64,000 bases of DNA from an uncultured virus (IMG/VR IMGVR_UViG_3300013372_001213) (taxonomy: Duplodnaviria > Heunggongvirae > Uroviricota > Caudoviricetes), in IMG/VR virus record IMGVR_UViG_3300013372_001213; one strand, 5' to 3'. The notes beneath the pieces are model-generated. The model saw nothing but the letters and a program-made list of their open reading frames with translations, did no database searches and had not been told where the DNA came from. Of the stretch, positions 39,840 through 49,396 are shown piece by piece. Numbering within the stretch: position 1 is the stretch's first letter; each line of letters starts with the position of its first letter. The position numbers and the translations under genes were made by a program.

Positions 39840-40153
39840 AGTGTTTTTGTTTTATTTACTATATTATCCATCCATTCCTTTGCTGAAGGAATATAATTGT
39901 TACAGTCTTCTTTGACATGTTGTTCTCCAATGTATCTTATGTATACCCTTTTACCTACAGAGTTAATCATAAACTTTCCAAAGATCTCTTCTAATTGAAA
40001 GATACCTTCAGAGTGATGCCTAAACATCCTGTGATAGGAGTGACCTATCCAGGATTTAGTTTCATCAAACCATTCATGATATTTTAAATACTCATCAGGT
40101 TCCCCTCCCCACTTTTTAGCAGAAGACCGGGAATGATCATATGGATGAGACAT
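39806..40153 (-). CDS. Conserved phage protein (DUF6915-like)
   Basis: HPYDHSRSSAKKWGG...HEWFDETK...HRMFRHHSEG...EQHVKED. Confidence 0.7.
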   Translation of the reverse strand: MSHPYDHSRSSAKKWGGEPDEYLKYHEWFDETKSWIGHSYHRMFRHHSEGIFQLEEIFGKFMINSVGKRVYIRYIGEQHVKEDCNNYIPSAKEWMDNIVNKTKTLWMTRTLKIED

Positions 40154-40503
40154 TATTCTTTAATTAAATCACCTTCATGATGATAATCTTCAGTTTCTGT
40201 AATGTAGATATGATTTTCTATACTATAAGTATTTTCTGTAATAAAAAGATTAAGTATACCATATCCACCATCATTATTCCACCAATCTTCTATATTACTT
40301 AATATATTATCAGCATAATCTCTTACTTTTTCATGAACATCTTCATACTCTCCTTCTATCTCAACAACTTCACCTGCTTTATTATAATAAGTAATATCAT
40401 CTATCTCACCACTGTCTCCTGACCCTGAATATTCAATTTCTACTTTATCTACACTTAAATCTTTAAGTTCTAATATAACTTCACTGTTTTTTAAATCACT
40501 CAT
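40153..40503 (-). CDS. Conserved acidic phage protein (DUF6878-like)
   Basis: YSGSGDSGEI...WWNNDGGYG. Confidence 0.7.
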   Translation of the reverse strand: MSDLKNSEVILELKDLSVDKVEIEYSGSGDSGEIDDITYYNKAGEVVEIEGEYEDVHEKVRDYADNILSNIEDWWNNDGGYGILNLFITENTYSIENHIYITETEDYHHEGDLIKE

Positions 40504-40504
40504 A

Positions 40505-40924
40505 TTATTTTATTTTATAAAATCTACCTAGGATATTACCATTTAAATAAAGATTATCTTCTAACACACCTGATAAAAACTGATGTCTTACCTCTTGGTA
40601 AGTTAGTTCAGTTTTACTAAAGCATATTTTTAGAATAATTCTTTGAATGACAACACCATCTTTATGTGCTTGCTTAAGTACATCATTACTACTATAGTAG
40701 TTTTGATAGGCAGACTTTGTTACTACTTTGTATTTTTTAAGTCTCTTATCTGTAGAGATAGCCTTTTTGGCCAATTTTTTCTTAGTATTAGAAAAGAAGT
40801 TCTTCTTTCCTATATAAGCAACAGCTTTACCATTTATAATAGCTGACATTTGATATACAAATCCTACAGCACCATCTGGAATATCTTTGTCTTCAAAGAT
40901 TTTTCCTTTATATATCCAACTCAT
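40505..40924 (-). CDS. GIY-YIG-like nuclease
   Basis: GFVY...YIGKK...YYSS...E...YLNGNILGRF. Confidence 0.65.
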   Translation of the reverse strand: MSWIYKGKIFEDKDIPDGAVGFVYQMSAIINGKAVAYIGKKNFFSNTKKKLAKKAISTDKRLKKYKVVTKSAYQNYYSSNDVLKQAHKDGVVIQRIILKICFSKTELTYQEVRHQFLSGVLEDNLYLNGNILGRFYKIK

Positions 40925-41061
40925 GTTTGACTTATGTTTCTTAATACATTTACTATTTCTGCCTGAAGCATTGCATGTGCCTTAGACAGTATTTCTATTT
41001 TTAGTTCTTCTGTTAATGTCTGCAAAGGCAGAGTCATTACCCAGTCTTCAAACTCATTCAT
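40921..41061 (-). CDS. Small hypothetical protein (46 aa, likely start MNEFEDW)
   Basis: The ATG overlaps the upstream gene end and the ORF is tightly packed. Confidence 0.55.
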   Translation of the reverse strand: MNEFEDWVMTLPLQTLTEELKIEILSKAHAMLQAEIVNVLRNISQT

Positions 41062-41311
41062 TATCTTCTGAGTCTTCTTCAAAGCGTTTAGGTAATAGCT
41101 TTGAGATATTAGCTTGAATATACTTAACACTTTTAGGAAAATCTCTAAACCATGTTAATATATCTATATGTATATCAGTATCGCTATCACGACAATTATG
41201 ATTAAGATCATTGTTTATAATATCTTGAATATTTGAGTTTATAGCTTCTTCTTCTGTTTCCCAGATATTATCATCTTGAGATTTATATGCTTTTATTAGT
41301 TCTACTTTCAT
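41054..41311 (-). CDS. Hypothetical protein (85 aa)
   Basis: ORF coupled to the primase stop. Confidence 0.6.
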   Translation of the reverse strand: MKVELIKAYKSQDDNIWETEEEAINSNIQDIINNDLNHNCRDSDTDIHIDILTWFRDFPKSVKYIQANISKLLPKRFEEDSEDNE

Positions 41312-42291
41312 TGTAATGCTTGTTTTAATAATGGGGTTAATAATTCTTTTACTTTTAATAGACTAGTGTCTTTTACTGAGTCACTTAAGTCTTTGGACAT
41401 CTCTAATAACACATAAGGTATATCATATTTGTCTTTATACTTCTTCATAGATTCAATACCTGCAAGATCATTATCAAATAGGGTACATATACCTTTATAT
41501 TTATGCTTATAAGCACTAATAATATGTTCTGGTATTAATGTGTTTTCACTATCTGGAGCTATGGCCTCTGCATTTTTATATCCAAGTTTGGTAAAAGCCA
41601 TGATATCCTTTAATGAACTACAGATAATCAAATATGGTACTGCCATAGTTAATTGATCTGAGCCTTGGATATAATCCTTAACCTTAATAAATTTGTAATC
41701 TTTTACATAGGGATGATAAATCTTATACAATGTCCCATCTTTTCTAAAATAGCCATAGCTATTATTACCTTTAATTGTAATCTCTTTAACTTCTCCATCT
41801 TCTTCTTTCTTGATTGTGTAATTTAATAAAGGAGCTACTTTATAAAATTCTAATAATTTAGATCCTATATAAAATTTAGTCCAGAACTTCTCATCAAGAT
41901 TAGTCCATGCTCTCTGAGTAAAGTCTACTATTTGATATTTAGATTTTTTCTTAAAATCTCTAATACTATAGTCTTCTTTATTAGTAAGAACAAAATGATT
42001 ATAATCTTGTATTATTTTATGAGCAGTTTCACCCCTAGTACTTAGTTTAAACATTTCTTTAACAAGATCTAAAGCATCTCCTGCCTTGCCGGTAGAGAAA
42101 TCCTTATACTTATAGATAGAATTGCTAGAGAAAAATACATACATAGATGGAGTTTTATCAGCAGGATTAAAAACTGATTTAAGCTTTACATCTTGACCAG
42201 TTAACTTTTCTGTTAATTTTAAATAATATTCAAATATCCATTCTCTTGGTATGTCAGTTATTGATGTTATTAATGATTTTGTACTAAGCAT
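41308..42291 (-). CDS. dnaG: DnaG-like (TOPRIM) primase
   Basis: IICSSLKD, LFDNDLAG and SKDLSD; N-terminal DKTPS...YKDFSTG region. Confidence 0.85.
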   Translation of the reverse strand: MLSTKSLITSITDIPREWIFEYYLKLTEKLTGQDVKLKSVFNPADKTPSMYVFFSSNSIYKYKDFSTGKAGDALDLVKEMFKLSTRGETAHKIIQDYNHFVLTNKEDYSIRDFKKKSKYQIVDFTQRAWTNLDEKFWTKFYIGSKLLEFYKVAPLLNYTIKKEEDGEVKEITIKGNNSYGYFRKDGTLYKIYHPYVKDYKFIKVKDYIQGSDQLTMAVPYLIICSSLKDIMAFTKLGYKNAEAIAPDSENTLIPEHIISAYKHKYKGICTLFDNDLAGIESMKKYKDKYDIPYVLLEMSKDLSDSVKDTSLLKVKELLTPLLKQALQ

Positions 42292-42302
42292 AATTGTAAT
42301 AT

Positions 42303-42327
42303 AAAAGGGGAGTTATTAGCTCCCCTT
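42303..42327 (-). terminator. Hairpin, probable intrinsic terminator
   Basis: AAGGGGAG/CTCCCCTT inverted repeat between genes. Confidence 0.55.
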
Positions 42328-42332
42328 GGTTA

Positions 42333-43037
42333 TTAAAGATCAAAATCTGAACCTCCAGAACTGATTATGTCAGAATTAGGTGTGGTAGGTGAATCTCCAA
42401 ATTCACTTACAGTTTCCACTTTCTTCTTCTTAATATGATCCTCAGGTTTAAACTTTAAAAGTTTACTTGGATTAGCTGTTGAAGATTCCAAAGAAATACC
42501 TTCTTTACTATATTTAGGTAAGAATAACTCATATCCTGTATAACCACCTTTATTAGTATATTCTTTACCTGCTATACAGAAGTTATAGAATGTACCTTTA
42601 AATGGTTTGTCTTTAGATAAAGCCTTGAAAAATGATTCAATTGTATCATGTTTTCCTTCTTGCTTTTCTAACCATGCCATACAGCCAGTGTTTATACAAA
42701 ACTGCTTTAAAGATTTTAACATTTCTTGATCTCTATTTACAGGAATACCAGACTTAGTTTCTCCATCTGCAAAAGCCCATTCAGTTAATTTAACTGTACC
42801 TACTTTACCAGCATGTCTTCCTAACTCAGGCTTATCTTTGTTAATATAGAAACCTTCAAAGTCAGCACCTAAGTCCTCACCTTCAATGTTTAAAAGGATA
42901 TGATAAGCTCCTTCTTTAAATTTAAACTCTTCAAGAGTTACATCATTGATTTTACATAGTTGATTACCTGGTTCTAATGTTTTAGTTACACCTTCACCAC
43001 CAACTTTAATGTCTTTTGTACTTAATTTTCCACTCAT
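42333..43037 (-). CDS. Putative single-stranded DNA-binding protein
   Basis: Lies between primase and recombinase and has a flexible acidic tail ending SDFDL; function is inferred. Confidence 0.45.
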   Translation of the reverse strand: MSGKLSTKDIKVGGEGVTKTLEPGNQLCKINDVTLEEFKFKEGAYHILLNIEGEDLGADFEGFYINKDKPELGRHAGKVGTVKLTEWAFADGETKSGIPVNRDQEMLKSLKQFCINTGCMAWLEKQEGKHDTIESFFKALSKDKPFKGTFYNFCIAGKEYTNKGGYTGYELFLPKYSKEGISLESSTANPSKLLKFKPEDHIKKKKVETVSEFGDSPTTPNSDIISSGGSDFDL

Positions 43038-43057
43038 TTTATTTATTTTTTATAGGG

Positions 43058-43687
43058 TTATTTTACTTCTGTTGCTGTTATGTTAATTACTTCTGCTATA
43101 GTACCATCTTCATTTCTTCTCACATCAGATTCCTTTAAGAATGTATCAGCCATTTCTTCTGCTGTATATAATCCTAATAATAAATCTGCACCTATTCTGT
43201 TGGCACCTTTTGCTATACATCTAGCATATAACATTTCTCTTGGCATTCTTTTCCAATTGTCTTTAGTAGTTAAACCTTGACCTTCTGCATCTTTCCAAGT
43301 AAAACTACAAGATTCTTCCATCTCATCTCTTACAAATACAATAGTAGTTCTTCTGTCAATTGGCTTTGTACCATCTGGCTTAGGAGCTATACTATCTACT
43401 GACCCATCAGGATATACAAATACACCATCTTCTTTGGTATAAAACTTTACACCACCTTTTCTTAATAATGCACCTGTTGCTTTAGCAGATAAACTTAACT
43501 TACCTTGAATAGGTATGATATAGTGAAATGCTTGCATTGTAGGGAATCCTAACTCTTTACCCATTTGGGCAATAGTAAAGGCATCTTCCACAGTTTTAAT
43601 GTGGGTTGGTAATTTCTTTGAATCTATCAAAGTACTTAGAAACTGCTTAAGAGCACTTTCTGTTGAGGTTGTTACTTGGTTTTCCAT
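43058..43687 (-). CDS. RecT/Bet-like single-strand annealing protein
   Basis: GKELGF..MQAF, WKRMPREMLYARC and GLYTAEEM. Confidence 0.75.
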   Translation of the reverse strand: MENQVTTSTESALKQFLSTLIDSKKLPTHIKTVEDAFTIAQMGKELGFPTMQAFHYIIPIQGKLSLSAKATGALLRKGGVKFYTKEDGVFVYPDGSVDSIAPKPDGTKPIDRRTTIVFVRDEMEESCSFTWKDAEGQGLTTKDNWKRMPREMLYARCIAKGANRIGADLLLGLYTAEEMADTFLKESDVRRNEDGTIAEVINITATEVK

Positions 43688-44266
43688 TTATTTGCTTTTT
43701 ATAATTTCATTTAACCATTCTTTTCTACTCACAGGTTTCTTTAAGATAATAGCTGCAAAATCTCTGATAGTCATCTCTGTAATAGGAGATTCCTTATCTG
43801 TTAATTTAACTGGGCTATCAAAATCAAAGTCACTGTTTTCAATAATCTCTTTCTCTGCATCTGTCTCCATAATAACTTCTTCCTTTTGTGTAGGATTAAC
43901 TTCTTCTGGTGTGTATCTCTTGATAACAATTAATTCAGATAGTGGTATTAGATATCTTACTTTAGCAGGATCTAGTTCTGTACTTTTCTCATACTCTTCA
44001 GCAAAATGAGGATTAAATTTCCACATATACAAAGCTCTATCTTCTTTTTCTGGAACAATATCCCTAGTAGTTGCTTCTATAAAAATATCATTACCTCTAC
44101 TAATTTCACTATGAAAAAAACTTGTGTAAAGTTCTGATCTACCAGTAGGGTTGTAAACCAATTTTCCATATAATGTAGGATTTACTAATCCCATTTTTTC
44201 AAATGTTGGCTGATGAAACTCCCTGAGTCTCTTACCATTCTCTCTTTTGTCTTGCATTACTAACAT
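43688..44266 (-). CDS. Hypothetical protein (192 aa)
   Basis: ORF in the operon; C-terminal MTIRDFAAI motif. Confidence 0.65.
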   Translation of the reverse strand: MLVMQDKRENGKRLREFHQPTFEKMGLVNPTLYGKLVYNPTGRSELYTSFFHSEISRGNDIFIEATTRDIVPEKEDRALYMWKFNPHFAEEYEKSTELDPAKVRYLIPLSELIVIKRYTPEEVNPTQKEEVIMETDAEKEIIENSDFDFDSPVKLTDKESPITEMTIRDFAAIILKKPVSRKEWLNEIIKSK

Positions 44267-44268
44267 GT

Positions 44269-45276
44269 TTATATTTTTAGTGTTCTGTCTTGTGTTGGGG
44301 GTGCATCAATTGAATGCAATCTCATCTTATTGTACTCTGTTCTAAAGAAGGCTAGACCAGTATCACCATTTCTTGATTTAAGAAAATGCATAGCTAATAT
44401 TTCAGGATCTCTGTTTATAATATATCTTTCTACACCATAGAGTTTAATTTTCTGTTTACCAGGTCTATTAAGTCCTATTAGTGTATCTGCATGCTGAAGT
44501 AATGCATCAGCACCAAATATATCAGATTCAAGAATAAAGTTACCATATTTACCATCTTCATTTCTCTCAGGGCTATCTATATTTCTATTAAGTTGGCTGA
44601 GTATGATGAAAGCTATTGGGTATCTTTTTTTCAAGTAAGTAAGAGCTTCACCTAATGAATTTAACATATCATTCTTATCTTTCTCTCCTTTACCTTTTTT
44701 TAGCAGTAAAGAGTGATCTAGAGTTATGATGGTATTAGTATACATTCTTTTGGTTACTTCTTTATCTGTAACTAAACTAGAATATAATAACATATACTCA
44801 TGAATAATTTCCTTAAACTCTTCTACAGTACATGCTTCTTCTACAATATCAATAGTTCTTTGTTTTATAGTCTTAGCATAAAGTCTACAACTTTCAAACT
44901 CTTGGTCAGTAAGAAGACCTGTTACTTTATCAGCACTACAAAGTTGTTTAAAACTTTTACCAATATGACTAGAGTATTCCCTGATAATTGAATTCCTACC
45001 TAACATCTCAAACTGAAACTCAAGTACTCTAAATTTCATATCTGGGTTGTAATCAAAGGCACCATTAACTAACAGAGTCTTGATAATAGTCTTACCAGTT
45101 GCAGGTCTTGCACCAATAACAGTAGTACTATGCCATTCTATACCATCTAATGTTGCTTTATTAAAACTTTCCCAAGGAGTTTTGATACTTGTAATAGTGC
45201 CTTCTTTCCTACCTTTTAAATAAGTCAAAGATTCTGTGAGAGCATCAATTTGAAGCTTCCATTTTGTTTTACTCAT
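44269..45276 (-). CDS. dnaB: DnaB-like replicative helicase (motor domain only)
   Basis: GARPATGKT, LDH, LSQLNR and DIFGADALLQHAD. Confidence 0.88.
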   Translation of the reverse strand: MSKTKWKLQIDALTESLTYLKGRKEGTITSIKTPWESFNKATLDGIEWHSTTVIGARPATGKTIIKTLLVNGAFDYNPDMKFRVLEFQFEMLGRNSIIREYSSHIGKSFKQLCSADKVTGLLTDQEFESCRLYAKTIKQRTIDIVEEACTVEEFKEIIHEYMLLYSSLVTDKEVTKRMYTNTIITLDHSLLLKKGKGEKDKNDMLNSLGEALTYLKKRYPIAFIILSQLNRNIDSPERNEDGKYGNFILESDIFGADALLQHADTLIGLNRPGKQKIKLYGVERYIINRDPEILAMHFLKSRNGDTGLAFFRTEYNKMRLHSIDAPPTQDRTLKI

Positions 45277-45310
45277 AATTTATTTTGATTATTGTTTGTT
45301 GGTTACTTAG

Positions 45311-45318
45311 CAAATTTA
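45311..45318 (-). promoter_or_regulatory. Possible Bacteroidota -7 promoter element (TAAATTTG)
   Basis: Matches TAnnTTTG in the intergenic gap upstream of dnaB; no -33 element confirmed. Confidence 0.3.
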
Positions 45319-45336
45319 ATAAAAAAATATGATATT

Positions 45337-45954
45337 TTAAAACACTTTTTCTGTAAATTTATCTTCTTCATAATCTTCTCCATTAAGTACTAAATCACAA
45401 TAACTTGCCAAATCTGATGCCCAAGATTTATCTTGCTCTTGTTTTCTGATAAAATATTTAGAAGTCCTGGTATACTTATACTTTTTGGATTCCTCAGCCT
45501 CTAAATACATCTGAGTTGCTGTATAAATAGTCTCCCAATCATAAGAATATTCCTCAAAGAACCATCTAAATGCCGGTATTATTTCTTTAATAGGAGCTCT
45601 TGCTGCCTTATTACTACCTAACTTAATTCTAGGAAATATATTGTTATATTTTTCTGCATTAGCTTCAAAATCTATACCCATAATAGAATTATTAGATTTC
45701 TTGAGGTGTACACCAAAATATGACTCTAGTTTACTAATAAGACTTGCAGCCTTAGGTGTTACAGTAAAACCAGATTCTTGTTTTACTATCCAGTCTTCTA
45801 TTACCAAATGCCTAATTTCTTGATGCATATTGATATTAGGAGAAGTTAATCCATAGTTTATACAATAAAGCACATAAAATTGATTAGGTGTCAATTTCTC
45901 CTCTGTTGTCATGTTGTATAACAGCATCAGGTTCATTTTCTTTTGTGATTTCAT
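45337..45954 (-). CDS. Hypothetical replication-associated protein (possible winged helix)
   Basis: Directly upstream of dnaB; function is inferred from position. Confidence 0.55.
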   Translation of the reverse strand: MKSQKKMNLMLLYNMTTEEKLTPNQFYVLYCINYGLTSPNINMHQEIRHLVIEDWIVKQESGFTVTPKAASLISKLESYFGVHLKKSNNSIMGIDFEANAEKYNNIFPRIKLGSNKAARAPIKEIIPAFRWFFEEYSYDWETIYTATQMYLEAEESKKYKYTRTSKYFIRKQEQDKSWASDLASYCDLVLNGEDYEEDKFTEKVF

Positions 45955-46357
45955 TTTTTATTATATTATAAACTTCTATTGTTTTTTGATCATTAAACTG
46001 TAAATAATTAGTTATAGTATTTGAAGCATATAAAATAGTTGCATGATTATATTTAAAATATTCAGCTAACACAGTATAAGTATATCCCATATCATATAAT
46101 ATTTTAAACATTACATGTCTATAAATAATAATATGTTTTAATCTTGTTTTAGATCTTACATTATAACTATCATGATATGTTCTTTTTAATATATTATTAA
46201 TAAGTTCTTCTATATTATTTAAAGAAATTATTTTAAGTTTATTTTTATTCAATGTATATAATACTGTTGGATATACACCATAAGTTAACTGAAATTCTTT
46301 ACAAAATTTATTAACTGCAGCATAGGCCTCCCTCTTTATTTTTTCATCAACTACCAT
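45884..46357 (-). CDS. DnaA C-terminal-like HTH protein
   Basis: KTR...YRHVMFKILYDMGYTYTVLAEYFKYNHATILYA resembles the DnaA domain IV signature. Confidence 0.7.
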   Translation of the reverse strand: MVVDEKIKREAYAAVNKFCKEFQLTYGVYPTVLYTLNKNKLKIISLNNIEELINNILKRTYHDSYNVRSKTRLKHIIIYRHVMFKILYDMGYTYTVLAEYFKYNHATILYASNTITNYLQFNDQKTIEVYNIIKNEITKENEPDAVIQHDNRGEIDT

Positions 46358-47067
46358 ATTATTTTTTCATTAAATTGTTTTTCTACCAATATTGATACAT
46401 CATTAAAAACATTATTACAATCCCAAGATGGTAAATCTTTATAAGCAGCTGAAGCAGGATGGCTTGTAAATATTTTACTACTATTTTCTGGTACATATTC
46501 TGCCCAATCTTGAGCTTTCTTTCCCATAAACACATAGATTAGTCCTGGATGATTATATGTTAGATAATCAAATAGAAAAGACATAAATGGTTTCCATAAA
46601 TCATAATGAGATCCTACCTTATGTATAGTAGTAGTAAGAGCACAATTGGTTAGTAGAATGCCTTGGTTTGACCATCTTGCTAAATCAGGGTCCCATAAAT
46701 ACTCACCTTTGTAAACAGTCTCTTCAATTGCTTTAAAGATATATCTTAAAGAAGCTTCTGGTTTACCTATGTTACTACAACTAAATGCTATTCCATCTGC
46801 AACATATGGTTGAGGATAACTATCCTGCCCCATAATAACAACCTTAAGCTTATCTATAGGACATTCTTCAAATCCTCTAAATACCTGTTTTAGAACAGGA
46901 GTAAATCTTTTGCCATCTTTGGCTTCTTCTAATAACCTATTAAGTACAATGTTAAAATCATCACTGAGGATAAATGTTTTAAGTTTATCTCCCCAACCTG
47001 ATGGTTTTAACTTCTCATATAATTTAGTTTTTACTTCATCTAAATTAATATTGTCTAATTTATTCAT
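46351..47067 (-). CDS. ung: Uracil-DNA glycosylase, family 1
   Basis: VVIMGQDSYP, ADGIAFS, WSNQGILL and SHPASA. Confidence 0.9.
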   Translation of the reverse strand: MNKLDNINLDEVKTKLYEKLKPSGWGDKLKTFILSDDFNIVLNRLLEEAKDGKRFTPVLKQVFRGFEECPIDKLKVVIMGQDSYPQPYVADGIAFSCSNIGKPEASLRYIFKAIEETVYKGEYLWDPDLARWSNQGILLTNCALTTTIHKVGSHYDLWKPFMSFLFDYLTYNHPGLIYVFMGKKAQDWAEYVPENSSKIFTSHPASAAYKDLPSWDCNNVFNDVSILVEKQFNEKIIW

Positions 47068-47085
47068 TTTATCTATATTTACAAC

Positions 47086-47406
47086 ATGGAAAAAATTAAG
47101 TATGATACTATACCCTCTGATGCACTAATTGATATTCAAATATCAGGTTCATTTTATAAAAAGTTAGTTAATCTATTAACAGCATTAGGAGAATCTGTTC
47201 CTCCAGAAGAGTTTAAAGCTGCTCTTGAGAGACTTAAAACTGATGAGCCTGTTAAAAATCTATTTGAGCTTAATGTTCATCTACTAATTTCTATAATCTA
47301 TGAATTAGAGAAAAAAGCAGTTGAGCAGAAAAAAACTAAAGAAGTAGAAATTGATGCAGAGCCTGCAAAAAATGCAGACCCTACACAACCTACTACCGAA
47401 AGTTAA
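47086..47406 (+). CDS. Hypothetical protein (106 aa), the only + strand gene in the minus-strand arm
   Basis: Natural-looking composition, and it fills an otherwise empty gap. Confidence 0.7.
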   Translation: MEKIKYDTIPSDALIDIQISGSFYKKLVNLLTALGESVPPEEFKAALERLKTDEPVKNLFELNVHLLISIIYELEKKAVEQKKTKEVEIDAEPAKNADPTQPTTES

Positions 47407-47782
47407 TTCCTACAAAGTCTCCTCTTTCTATTATTGTTTGAATAGTTAAACCTAATTCATCTTTAGAGCAATCAGCAAATGATCTGCAATATGCTTCACC
47501 ATCTTTGTCAAAGCATAGACCACTTGCTACTTTAATATCTCTTTCTGTACTCTCAAATGTATTTCCTGTATCTTTAGCCAGTTCTCTAATGCATGCTTTA
47601 ATCTTGGCAATCTGTGTAAGAGTACCATCATCTAAGTTAGCATCAAAGAAAGCATGTATTACATGACCTTCTTCTAATGAGTCTACAAATAATTTATAAA
47701 GGTGAGATTCAGATTCTTTTCTGCATATTAACCTACCATCTACTTTTACTAAGATGGTACTAAATATAGCCTCCTTGCTCAT
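47393..47782 (-). CDS. NinB/Orf-like protein
   Basis: QIAKIKACIRELAKDTG...SFADCSKDELGLTI pattern. Confidence 0.5.
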   Translation of the reverse strand: MSKEAIFSTILVKVDGRLICRKESESHLYKLFVDSLEEGHVIHAFFDANLDDGTLTQIAKIKACIRELAKDTGNTFESTERDIKVASGLCFDKDGEAYCRSFADCSKDELGLTIQTIIERGDFVGINFR

Positions 47783-47916
47783 TTTTTATTAGAATTAGAT
47801 TTTTTCCATAAAGATTTAGCAGCTTTTAAAATTTCTTTTTCTGCAGGAGTTTTACTAAATAATGCTTGTCTAGCATCACTATCTTGTTTTGCTGTTGTTG
47901 TTTTTTCTTTTATCAT
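47779..47916 (-). CDS. Small basic hypothetical protein (likely start MIKEK)
   Basis: Fills the gap and overlaps the next ATG. Confidence 0.45.
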   Translation of the reverse strand: MIKEKTTTAKQDSDARQALFSKTPAEKEILKAAKSLWKKSNSNKK

Positions 47917-47932
47917 GTTGTTGGTTTTTAAG

Positions 47933-48253
47933 TTAATCAGGATAATAAGCATTAAGCTCATAAACTTCTTCTTTTGCTTCTTGAAGAATTCTTTCTAGTT
48001 CTGCATCTAAGTCCCAGTCTTTCATTACAGGTAATCCAAATCTAGTAGCTGCAAAATATTGATAAGGGAAATAAGCATCTATATTGAGTTCTTCTAGTTT
48101 AAATCCTACCATACCTCCTTGTATAAGAAGTTTAGCTACTTTAACTACTGTGTAGAATTCTCCTTCAACAACCCACTTACTAGTAGGTATATCATTAGGT
48201 TTATCTTTTGCATTTAAACATTGAACTCTAAAGGGCAGTTTCACTTCCATCAT
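47933..48253 (-). CDS. Hypothetical protein (likely start MMEVKLP)
   Basis: ORF in the operon. Confidence 0.6.
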   Translation of the reverse strand: MMEVKLPFRVQCLNAKDKPNDIPTSKWVVEGEFYTVVKVAKLLIQGGMVGFKLEELNIDAYFPYQYFAATRFGLPVMKDWDLDAELERILQEAKEEVYELNAYYPD

Positions 48254-48548
48254 TTGTATCTTCTGCTGGGTTATAACCTGGATTCCATTTATAATCTGTA
48301 GATTGACTAGATACAAAATGACCTGACTGATTAGCTACTTCTCTTAATTGTCTATGATAAGTTTCCTCATCATCTTCATGGATAGTTACTGCACCTACAT
48401 TTATAGGCATAAAGTCTTCATCACAATCATAAAGAGTTACTTTTGTAAACATCTTTACATCATTTTCATCATCTGTTTTACTTACAAGTTCAGGTGTAGT
48501 CATTATTTTTAACTTTTTACCATCTATTTCTAATGCTGTTGTTGCCAT
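48228..48548 (-). CDS. Hypothetical protein (106 aa)
   Basis: ORF in the operon. Confidence 0.6.
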   Translation of the reverse strand: MATTALEIDGKKLKIMTTPELVSKTDDENDVKMFTKVTLYDCDEDFMPINVGAVTIHEDDEETYHRQLREVANQSGHFVSSQSTDYKWNPGYNPAEDTNDGSETAL

Positions 48549-48552
48549 TTTA

Positions 48553-48560
48553 CAAATATA
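48553..48560 (-). promoter_or_regulatory. Possible Bacteroidota -7 promoter element (TATATTTG)
   Basis: TATATTTGTAA also occurs in intergenic gaps at 54698-54705 and 56195-56202. Confidence 0.35.
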
Positions 48561-48815
48561 TTAAAATCTTTTAATGGTTACTATGTAAATAACTTTATTT
48601 AGTACAGGTTTTAAATCTAAGGTTACATAACTAATCATAGGGCTTTTTGTAGGAGGAACCATTAAGGTTTTAAAAGATATTTCTCTAAGTCCTGCTTTGT
48701 AGTCCCAAGTATTTGACCACTTTATAGGATTGTTTAAACCTCTTACATTTGTTTCCAAAGGTTTTAGATGTGAATTTTGCATGAGGGTAATTTCCTCTTG
48801 TTTGTTTAGTGCCAT
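48561..48815 (-). CDS. Hypothetical protein (84 aa)
   Basis: ORF in the operon. Confidence 0.55.
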   Translation of the reverse strand: MALNKQEEITLMQNSHLKPLETNVRGLNNPIKWSNTWDYKAGLREISFKTLMVPPTKSPMISYVTLDLKPVLNKVIYIVTIKRF

Positions 48816-48816
48816 A

Positions 48817-49107
48817 TTATTCTATTTTTACTGATAATTGATGTTCTTGTAATGCTTCATAGATAGGTCTTAGTTTATTATAACTACCATGTTTAATATC
48901 ACATTTACCATTATGGTGCACAATAAGAGCAATCTGTTCAGCTTGCTCACTACAGTGATCACAATATAACATTAAACAATTAATAACATGAATAAAATTA
49001 TTCACATCATCATTATAAAGAATGATAGCCCTAGTAGGTTCTATCATTTCCTTGATTTCCTCATCTAACTGTATTTCAGTTATTGGGTCCAATATCTCTA
49101 TTTCCAT
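48817..49107 (-). CDS. clpS: ATP-dependent Clp protease adaptor ClpS
   Basis: ILYNDDVNNFIHVINCL...EQAEQIALIVHHNGKC. Confidence 0.88.
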   Translation of the reverse strand: MEIEILDPITEIQLDEEIKEMIEPTRAIILYNDDVNNFIHVINCLMLYCDHCSEQAEQIALIVHHNGKCDIKHGSYNKLRPIYEALQEHQLSVKIE

Positions 49108-49393
49108 CTTTTGTTTTTTTAATTACTTGATCTCTTACATCATAAGTTAAATCCATTAACAAATCATATATTTCTTGCTGTTCTTTTGAGGAGTCTTCTC
49201 CTTCTTTATAGTTAGTTAGCTTGTTTAAACCTTCTTCATATTCTTTTACAACATCAAATAACTTTTTAAAGTAAACTTTAAATTGAAATTTATGTTGAGG
49301 TAAGGTATGAAGTAGTTCAGACATACATCTAGCATGTGCAAGTAATAATGTAATATTAAGGGCATCCCCTGGTTTTAAGTTCTGATGGCTCAT
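49076..49393 (-). CDS. Hypothetical protein (105 aa)
   Basis: ORF in the operon. Confidence 0.6.
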   Translation of the reverse strand: MSHQNLKPGDALNITLLLAHARCMSELLHTLPQHKFQFKVYFKKLFDVVKEYEEGLNKLTNYKEGEDSSKEQQEIYDLLMDLTYDVRDQVIKKTKDGNRDIGPNN

Positions 49394-49396
49394 AAA

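Noticed and set aside
46351..47067. Ung GQDSY (instead of GQDPY) as a sign of inactivation
   Set aside because: The catalytic Asp and His are retained, so a single substitution is weak evidence.
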